Sequence record: NC_055712.1
Reading direction: 5' to 3' (one strand)
DNA from: Escherichia phage phT4A
Length of the DNA: 64,000 bases
Shown here piece after piece: positions 57,509-64,000 of the stretch; position 1 is the first letter of the stretch; every line of letters starts with the position of its first letter. Both the position numbers and the translations under genes were made by a program. Under the pieces are notes generated by a model. It was given only the letters and a program-made list of their open reading frames with translations. It had not been told where the DNA came from and did no database searches.

Positions 57509-57531
57509 AGGGGCTACGGCCCCTTTTGAGG
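57507..57531 (+). terminator. hairpin GGGGCUACGGCCCC followed by short U-run
   Basis: Stable tetraloop hairpin after gp54 stop. Confidence 0.4.
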
Positions 57532-57536
57532 ATCTT

Positions 57537-58280
57537 ATGTTTGATATTATTCGAGTAACATTACCATCAGGGATCAAACGATTCCCTATGTTTACAGTTA
57601 AAGACCAGTTTAAATTAATGCTGACCCGTATTGATATGGAAGGTCGGCCCCTTAAAGAGCAACAGGAAATACTGGATGAAGTGTTGGATCTGCTTTACCC
57701 TGGGTATTCCAAAACAGAACAGGAATACATTTTCAGCCGGGTGTATTGTGGTTCGTTCGGTAAAAACGTTATCAAGGTTGTGATAGGTGGTAAAGGTGGG
57801 GGCCACTCCGAAGCCTTCATGGTGATTAATGATATTCAACTGGAAAATGAATACAAGCTGAATGATGAAATCACATTAGGGTTTAACTTCCCCCGTACAC
57901 GCAATACAAGCGAAGAGTTGTTTCTTGAATGTATTAGTTATGTAATATACAACGAACAGCGCTATGAATGGACATCACTAACCGAAGAAACGAAAGAAAA
58001 TATTCTTGATATCGTCGAACTTGATGATGTCGAAAAAATCGTTACTATGCTAACGAAATCGGTTGATGTGTCTATGCGCGGTAAATCATTTAGTGGTATG
58101 TTAACCCTGTTCAAGATCCTGTTTAGTCGTGGGGATCTGGATGAATTTGTGAAGACCAACTATCTGCTAAATAAAAACGGCCTGAACCTGGAACCTATCA
58201 TGAATAGTAGCCCGATGGAAAGGCAAATTTATACTGCATTGCTTGCAGAAGACTTGAAAAAACAAGGTGCTGTTAAATGA
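57537..58280 (+). CDS. hypothetical protein
   Basis: Start set to MFDIIRV after the hairpin. Confidence 0.45.
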   Translation: MFDIIRVTLPSGIKRFPMFTVKDQFKLMLTRIDMEGRPLKEQQEILDEVLDLLYPGYSKTEQEYIFSRVYCGSFGKNVIKVVIGGKGGGHSEAFMVINDIQLENEYKLNDEITLGFNFPRTRNTSEELFLECISYVIYNEQRYEWTSLTEETKENILDIVELDDVEKIVTMLTKSVDVSMRGKSFSGMLTLFKILFSRGDLDEFVKTNYLLNKNGLNLEPIMNSSPMERQIYTALLAEDLKKQGAVK

Positions 58281-58831
58281 GAAAGCATGAATATAAACAC
58301 GTTGAGAAATATAATGTTGATTATCGTCCTCTGACACATACAGAGTTTACCCCCGACGCAGATTTTATCAAAGGGGATGTTTACCTGTATCAAAGAGAAT
58401 ATCTTTTCATTCTGGCACTTCTGGAAAGTAAAAATATTGATACCCGTCAACTGTTCATCAACTGTGAAGAATGTCAGGAAAGAATTGAATTCCAGCTTAA
58501 ACGCAATCAAATAATGGTTGAAGATTTCGACGATAAGCTATACGGCAATGACGGGATCGCGTTATCTGTTCACCCTCGTAAGACTGGTGATGAAGAAATC
58601 CCCGATCTTATCGATTACGTAATGATAGACGGCGAACAGATCATGTGGAGTGATTGCAGCGACAAAGATAAAGAAATGGTGTTGGATGCAATCGACTATG
58701 CAACCTATAAATCGATTTCTACCGCCCTGGATAAGCCAGCAGTGGTCGCAAACATTCCGGTAAGGTGTTCGTGTGGACATAGCCATATCGTCTCTCTGAG
58801 AGGCTTACAGCAATTTTTAAAGGTGGTCTAA
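58277..58831 (+). CDS. hypothetical protein (Cys-containing)
   Basis: 184 aa; CEECQ...CSCGHSH. Confidence 0.5.
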   Translation: MRKHEYKHVEKYNVDYRPLTHTEFTPDADFIKGDVYLYQREYLFILALLESKNIDTRQLFINCEECQERIEFQLKRNQIMVEDFDDKLYGNDGIALSVHPRKTGDEEIPDLIDYVMIDGEQIMWSDCSDKDKEMVLDAIDYATYKSISTALDKPAVVANIPVRCSCGHSHIVSLRGLQQFLKVV

Positions 58832-59224
58832 ATGGGTGTAAATCTGAGGTTGCTATATAGCGATATAGAACCTAACATGCAACGAGATTGGAATAATGAC
58901 GTAGCGGCCTCAAAAGGGGCCGCAGCAGTAAGAAATAGTTTGATTGGTATCGTAACCACGATCAAGGGTACACGTCCATTTGATAGTAACTTTGGTTGTG
59001 CAATTAGTGATATGCTGTTTGAGAACATGAACCCTCTGACAGCGGAATCAATTAGAACTTCTATCGTATCTGCGATCCGGACATATGAGCCTAGAGTATA
59101 TAATCTTTCTGTTGAAGTCATTCCACAGTATGATGATAACTCAGTAACAGTAACTATCTATTACAGCATCATTGATGACCCGGATGACGTAGAGCAAATC
59201 AAACTACAGCTTTCCGCATCATAA
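58832..59224 (+). CDS. 25: baseplate wedge protein (gp25, GPW family)
   Basis: LYSDIEPNMQRDWNNDV, TIKGTRPFD, NFGC, IDDPDDVEQIKLQLSAS match recalled T4 gp25. Confidence 0.85.
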   Translation: MGVNLRLLYSDIEPNMQRDWNNDVAASKGAAAVRNSLIGIVTTIKGTRPFDSNFGCAISDMLFENMNPLTAESIRTSIVSAIRTYEPRVYNLSVEVIPQYDDNSVTVTIYYSIIDDPDDVEQIKLQLSAS

Positions 59225-59225
59225 C

Positions 59226-59260
59226 AAAAAGCCCCTTCCTTTCGGTTGGGGCTTTCTTTT
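59226..59260. terminator. bidirectional terminator hairpin between convergent genes
   Basis: AAAAAGCCCC-loop-GGGGCTTTCTTTT. Confidence 0.5.
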
Positions 59261-59714
59261 AGAATTCAATGAATCCCATTAGTGTTTGATATCGCAATTC
59301 AAACGGGGAGATATAACTTTGCATCTGGTTTTGATCGGATACGATGTAATAATACACCTCATCATTATCATCGTATAGTGCTTCTTTGATGATGCAATAT
59401 CGATCGGTTTCCACGTTCACATAAAGAGTATCCATGTACTTTGTAACTTTGGAACCCTGTGAACTGATTTCACGAATAGCGTTATCTATGAAAAGCGACA
59501 ATGCTTGCATGAAGTTATCAAACTCACCATATTCACAGCCCATAATAGAAATTGCAGTGTATTGGTGCCAGCCTTTGATTGTGTCTCCACGGCGGATCCA
59601 TCCAATTTGTCTACCCCCGATAGATACACACCACACTTTACCAACGGGACTATAGAACCGCACAACTTCTTTTAATAACAGGGACATGATCCCACATTTT
59701 GTATAAGGATTCAT
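59259..59714 (-). CDS. hypothetical protein
   Basis: 151 aa ORF. Confidence 0.5.
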   Translation of the reverse strand: MNPYTKCGIMSLLLKEVVRFYSPVGKVWCVSIGGRQIGWIRRGDTIKGWHQYTAISIMGCEYGEFDNFMQALSLFIDNAIREISSQGSKVTKYMDTLYVNVETDRYCIIKEALYDDNDEVYYYIVSDQNQMQSYISPFELRYQTLMGFIEF

Positions 59715-59721
59715 TTCAACC

Positions 59722-59973
59722 TCATTTCATATCAAGTAGCCAGGAAGGGCTAGTTTCAAGCGAAATTGCAGTATATTCGTATTTTACAGTATAACCTTTG
59801 AAACCGAAAGGAATGACTGCATTTTCATTGAGATATTTTACTTTATGCTTTGCTTCTTCTTCATTCAGAGCAGCACAGACTGTTGTTTGTTCAACGTTAC
59901 CAGCAGGAGAAGTAAATTTTTCAATGATAATGTATACGCAGTTCATCCTATTGCCCTCTTTCCATTTTTTCAA
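59722..59973 (-). CDS. hypothetical protein
   Basis: ORF. Confidence 0.4.
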   Translation of the reverse strand: MKKWKEGNRMNCVYIIIEKFTSPAGNVEQTTVCAALNEEEAKHKVKYLNENAVIPFGFKGYTVKYEYTAISLETSPSWLLDMK

Positions 59974-60232
59974 GTTTCAGTGTATCCACTTGTAGTTGAA
60001 GTTTAAGAATACAACCTTTCGATATGTTATACAAGTAGTCACTAACGATTTTTGACTTTACCTGATCGTAATCAGAAGATAACGTAATCCAATCATACAT
60101 CGTTTGGTATGATGGAAGATACGTACATTGTTCTTCTTTTGATAACGCTTTAAATGATTGGTAATCGGTTGGAGGTTCCGAAGCAATTGCGGTTGTGGTC
60201 ATAAGACTAAGTGCAAGTAGTAGATATTTCAT
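59948..60232 (-). CDS. secreted/periplasmic small protein (signal peptide)
   Basis: Start at MKYLLLALSLMTTTAIASEP; family-S cassette upstream. Confidence 0.5.
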   Translation of the reverse strand: MKYLLLALSLMTTTAIASEPPTDYQSFKALSKEEQCTYLPSYQTMYDWITLSSDYDQVKSKIVSDYLYNISKGCILKLQLQVDTLKLEKMERGQ

Positions 60233-60249
60233 AATGTATTCCTCATTGT

Positions 60250-60302
60250 TTTCGATAGAACCAATATAGCAAAAAGCCCCGACCGAAGTCAAGGGCTTTT
60301 TC
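60250..60302 (-). repeat. promoter-stem-loop cassette, family S
   Basis: aaaagcccTTGACTtcggtcggggctttttgcTATATTggttctATCGAAAAC on minus strand. Confidence 0.6.
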
Positions 60303-60303
60303 A

Positions 60304-60588
60304 TCAATGCAAGAAAGATTTCACGTACTGTTCGATCTTTTCACGACATGTATCAACTGAGGTGCTTTCCGCAATTACGGCATGACATAACGCCTCGCCT
60401 CCGACCCAGAAACTCATCATGTACTGAATATCACGACCTTCCATTTCTTTTTGATGCGCTTTGATTCGATCGAAAGCGTTTTCGATTGTTTCAGTAGCAG
60501 TAAGCATTTCGGATTCCCCGTCAACCTCCGCCAGTTCCCCATCGATCATTTCGCTTTCGACTTCTTCCCAGTATACTATCGTTATCAT
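60304..60588 (-). CDS. hypothetical acidic protein
   Basis: 94 aa, Glu/Asp-rich. Confidence 0.5.
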   Translation of the reverse strand: MITIVYWEEVESEMIDGELAEVDGESEMLTATETIENAFDRIKAHQKEMEGRDIQYMMSFWVGGEALCHAVIAESTSVDTCREKIEQYVKSFLH

Positions 60589-60603
60589 GCATTACCCCAG
60601 TGG

Positions 60604-61074
60604 TTAACCGTCGTAATCCCCGCCACAATTCACATCGCCTTCAATGAACAGTTCGCGGTTATCACGTAATAAATTATACTTTCTTTCGAGTTCAGGCCCG
60701 AACGCGTCGGCGTCTTCATACCAGCTATAATTGTATCTTCCGCATTCATCATCATATTCTGGTTCATCACCGCGCTCGTTGAAGTGAACAATTTTAATAT
60801 CGTCCATCCCCAGTTCTTTCAGCTTATCCCAGATATACGAAATCTCAACGCTATGGGAACCGAACGCTTCCAGTGAGATCGTACCGTCGCTATCGACTTG
60901 AGGAACACCCCACTTCGAACGAGTATCATCGGTGATCATATCTATTAATGACTCAATATTATTCTCACCGTAGATATCAGCAACTTCCTTTTCTTTACCA
61001 GGGCGAACAAGTCCGATCCCGATAATAAAGCTACTGCTTGAGCTATTGCTCACAAACCCAGAACGAATTTTCAT
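60604..61074 (-). CDS. hypothetical protein
   Basis: 156 aa ORF. Confidence 0.5.
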   Translation of the reverse strand: MKIRSGFVSNSSSSSFIIGIGLVRPGKEKEVADIYGENNIESLIDMITDDTRSKWGVPQVDSDGTISLEAFGSHSVEISYIWDKLKELGMDDIKIVHFNERGDEPEYDDECGRYNYSWYEDADAFGPELERKYNLLRDNRELFIEGDVNCGGDYDG

Positions 61075-61229
61075 CGCATCACCATATTACCAATCATGAA
61101 TAGAGGGATTAGCGCGAAGACGATACCCCATAGAATGACCTTATCTTCACGACGGTCACACCCATAATAGATAACACCTCCAGCGAAAATCAATACAACA
61201 ACTGAAACGAACGCGAATAAATAAATCAT
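61071..61229 (-). CDS. small membrane peptide (52 aa)
   Basis: Hand-translated MIYLFAFVSVVVLIFAGGVIYYG...; ATGA overlaps both neighbours. Confidence 0.35.
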   Translation of the reverse strand: MIYLFAFVSVVVLIFAGGVIYYGCDRREDKVILWGIVFALIPLFMIGNMVMR

Positions 61230-61876
61230 TTGCAGGTATCCATTCTCATAGAAACTTCTTTCAGGATCTTATTCAGATCGTGAAGCGCATCTTTTACGTT
61301 ACCTTCGTTATAGGTAAGCATATCCTGGTACAGCCCTTTCAAGCAACGATTGATTACATATGCTTTTTCAGAAGGTAACATTGTACCAGAGCGATTATAA
61401 TCTCTGAAAATGTCCATCATCGTGCCGTTGTTACCAGGTAATGACGGGTTGAAGTTAACCATACCGGACATCAAACTATCAACATACACAACTGTTGTGT
61501 TATCAGAACGATACGCGCCACCAACTTTAAACCAGTTGCTGAACACATACGGAGATTCCCGCACTTCGCTCAAATCGGTTCCGATTTCATCGATGTTTAC
61601 ACGAATGTTGTTAAAATACACCGATTCATCAATAGAACCATGACGCCATAAGATAGCACCATTGTTATTTTTGAATCCGACTACATCAACCTGCCAGCCG
61701 TTATCTGTTAACCGGACATCATCAACGACAATGAAATCAGGTAGCTGTGAATGAAAGCCGATGTTTTCAGGACGGGAATTACGAAACCCATCACGATTGG
61801 AGAAATAAAGGATGTCGCCTTGATTCAGTTCGCATATATTCATAAGATTTTTAAAGTCCAATTCAAGTAATTCCAC
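61226..61876 (-). CDS. hypothetical protein
   Basis: 216 aa ORF. Confidence 0.5.
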   Translation of the reverse strand: MELLELDFKNLMNICELNQGDILYFSNRDGFRNSRPENIGFHSQLPDFIVVDDVRLTDNGWQVDVVGFKNNNGAILWRHGSIDESVYFNNIRVNIDEIGTDLSEVRESPYVFSNWFKVGGAYRSDNTTVVYVDSLMSGMVNFNPSLPGNNGTMMDIFRDYNRSGTMLPSEKAYVINRCLKGLYQDMLTYNEGNVKDALHDLNKILKEVSMRMDTCK

Positions 61877-61912
61877 AAGTCACCTCAAAGCCCCCTTTCG
61901 GGGGCAAATTCA

Positions 61913-64000
61913 TTAGAGTTTGACTTCTTTTTCTTCCAGAACGATTGTGCAATCAAATTTCACATCTTTCCAGAATTCCGCTGCAACGATATCTGTTGCG
62001 GTAACGCTTACGCTGGTTTCTTCGAAATCCAGATCCGCAAACCATGCGTGTCCGACGACAATACCGTACATTACACGACTCAGGCGATTATTAAGGGCGC
62101 GAACCTCTTTAATAGTTTCCTTTGTCTGTTTATCAAGATACTCGATCAGGTCATTCTTGTCAAGCGCTTCGATCTCTTTAGATACGGTATCGTAAGCCCA
62201 CAGAATGATCAGGTCACCATTGTTGAGTTTCTTCTTACCTTCGGCGCGTTTTGCAACGGTAGCCGCAACAGCCGGAAGTGATGAAACGCCTTTGATTTTC
62301 ACGTTCAGTTCTTTCGACATGTAAACATCAGTCGATTCTGTGCGCTCAACCTTCGGAGAGAAGCCGTAATCACGGATCCCTTGCTCAGACAACCATTCAC
62401 CAGCCGCCTCGCCAAAACGCTGTTTAAGCCCTTCTGCGTTGCGTAAACCAATCGCGTTATCACGGAAGAACTTCATTACCTTCTGACGGCCTTTCAGGAT
62501 TTCCAGACGGACGTTATCAGCAACAAATTCCTTACCAGAAATACCGCGAGTCATCGAACGGTTAACCAGAGGCAGAGAGGTAAAGTCAACCAGTACAGAC
62601 ATACGGTCTTCACCAATTTTAGCCAGCGGTTTGATAGTCAGACCAGAAGCACGTAAGTTTTTCAGAGTCGGAATATCGGTTTCCAGCGGAAGTACCTTAA
62701 CGTTCACGATACCATCTTTAACAATGGTAAAGTTACGCACTTGTTTGGTTTCTACTTTTTCCGGTAATCCAAACTCTTTTTGTTTGCTTTCCGGAATGGT
62801 TACATAACCTTGCAGATCCGTATTGATGGAAATGTTCGGACGGGAACTGTTACCCACCAGGTGTTTCACTGCAACTTTCGTTGTGGTTTGGGTAAATTCC
62901 GGTTTCCATACTTCATGCGCTACCAGTTGCGCCGCCAGTGCTTTACGTTCTTCCGGAGTAGAAGCGTTTGCAATCTGTTCTGACAGTTTATCCAGAGTAT
63001 CATCATCTTTCTGGACAGTCTGACGGCCTGTACGATTGTACGCCCAGTGTTCAGAAGACAGGTCGATCACTGTGTCGGTTTCTGCCAGCAGTTCGAGAGC
63101 ATCAACCAGAGTAAACGCGTTTTCATCAGGAACCATGTTGTAATCAACACCATCCATCAGACGTTTAGCCGGATCAACAACCGCTTCGGAGATCATATCT
63201 TTAGCGTTGGAATAATCCTGTTTGGTAAAGCAGTTATCGTATGCTTTAATCAGACGCACATCACCCAGCTTTTTCAGAACTTTCCATGCCAGATCTGGAT
63301 TCATGGTATGAAGCGCATGATACAGAACCACATACAGAACCTGTTCACCTTCTGCTGTTGCCGGATCGAAGCCGTCAACGTCATTGATCGCGTTTTCACC
63401 CAGCGCCCAAATGTTTTTGATATGTTCCGGAACCAGAACAACACCATTTGCAGCATTCAGGACATACACACGGCCTTCATCCAGGTAGATCGCATGGGTT
63501 GCATCGCCAACTTTGACTTCAACACGTGCGGAGGTTTGCGCGGTAATGATTTCATCAAATGCAGGTACATACGCATCAAACCCTTCAACGAATTTGTGTA
63601 ATGCGTTGGTTGCTTCCGCCATTTTTTCCAGCAGAGGACGGTTTACATAATAACCATATTCCAGGAAAGCAATGTTGTTAAACGTCAACGGCAGAGTAGA
63701 ACACGCTTTCAGGATATCATCAGTACGCCAGCAGTTATCATAACCATCAGTCAGGAAGATCAGACTGTTCAGATTGCCATTATCCGCTTGCAGATCGGTA
63801 GCGACTTCAACCGCCAGTTGCAGAGGTTCAACGAAGCCAGTACATCCGGTCGGACGCAGATAACGATCGATAGCATCATTGATTTTGCTCAGGTCGGATA
63901 CAGAGCTAACCTTTTCGCCAACGAATACAGAACCGAACTGACCACGGCTGGAGAAATACAGAATAGATACGGTATCATCCTGTTTAACCAGCGTTGCCAG
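61913..64000 (-). CDS. large VWA-domain-containing protein, 5' end outside window
   Basis: Frame stays open upstream of the track start (TTG 63688) to the window edge; 63689-64000 encodes a VWA-like segment (...TGCTGF...LIFLTDGYDN); host-optimal codons. Confidence 0.65.
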   Translation of the reverse strand: MATLVKQDDTVSILYFSSRGQFGSVFVGEKVSSVSDLSKINDAIDRYLRPTGCTGFVEPLQLAVEVATDLQADNGNLNSLIFLTDGYDNCWRTDDILKACSTLPLTFNNIAFLEYGYYVNRPLLEKMAEATNALHKFVEGFDAYVPAFDEIITAQTSARVEVKVGDATHAIYLDEGRVYVLNAANGVVLVPEHIKNIWALGENAINDVDGFDPATAEGEQVLYVVLYHALHTMNPDLAWKVLKKLGDVRLIKAYDNCFTKQDYSNAKDMISEAVVDPAKRLMDGVDYNMVPDENAFTLVDALELLAETDTVIDLSSEHWAYNRTGRQTVQKDDDTLDKLSEQIANASTPEERKALAAQLVAHEVWKPEFTQTTTKVAVKHLVGNSSRPNISINTDLQGYVTIPESKQKEFGLPEKVETKQVRNFTIVKDGIVNVKVLPLETDIPTLKNLRASGLTIKPLAKIGEDRMSVLVDFTSLPLVNRSMTRGISGKEFVADNVRLEILKGRQKVMKFFRDNAIGLRNAEGLKQRFGEAAGEWLSEQGIRDYGFSPKVERTESTDVYMSKELNVKIKGVSSLPAVAATVAKRAEGKKKLNNGDLIILWAYDTVSKEIEALDKNDLIEYLDKQTKETIKEVRALNNRLSRVMYGIVVGHAWFADLDFEETSVSVTATDIVAAEFWKDVKFDCTIVLEEKEVKL

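Noticed and set aside
63047-63601. 184-aa plus-strand ORF
   Set aside because: Antisense to the large VWA-protein gene, which has coherent codon usage on the minus strand.
1-64000. CRISPR arrays, integrase/att sites, rRNA genes
   Set aside because: Looked for regularly spaced direct repeats with unique spacers, tyrosine/serine recombinase motifs and rRNA-like conserved segments; none seen. The content is that of a lytic T4-type phage.

Overview
This 64 kb window reads as a segment of a T4-like (Tevenvirinae-type) myovirus genome, probably from a draft scaffold: it contains three runs of exactly 100 N, each of which cuts through a conserved gene. Coordinates 113-27102 are a minus-strand early replication/recombination module: topoisomerase II large subunit, DexA, Dda, dCTPase gp56, primase gp61, helicase gp41, UvsX, DNA polymerase gp43, RegA, clamp loader gp62/gp44, clamp gp45, gp32, gp59, gp33, DsbA, RNase H. 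An AT-rich, GATC-dense divergent intergenic region (27103-27406) separates it from a plus-strand block: gp55, gp47/gp46, a J-domain protein, frd, td, nrdA, RNA ligase 1, spanins, pnk, dCMP deaminase, gp31, two tRNAs, a GrcA-like glycyl-radical protein, a NADAR-domain protein, DNA ligase and baseplate genes (gp29/48/54/25). The window ends in a minus-strand cluster of unknowns that includes a large VWA-domain protein running off the edge. Five freestanding homing-endonuclease genes are interspersed. I could not pin down one clear-cut new system; the strongest candidates for follow-up are the repeat-containing J-domain protein, the VWA-domain protein and its neighbours, the NADAR protein, the gamma-class methyltransferase with its overlapping upstream ORF, and two families of repeated promoter/stem-loop cassettes. 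All homology calls are from reading motifs and recalled protein sequences, not from database searches. Gene order differs from T4, and several proteins recall the RB43-like group, but that assignment is inference.
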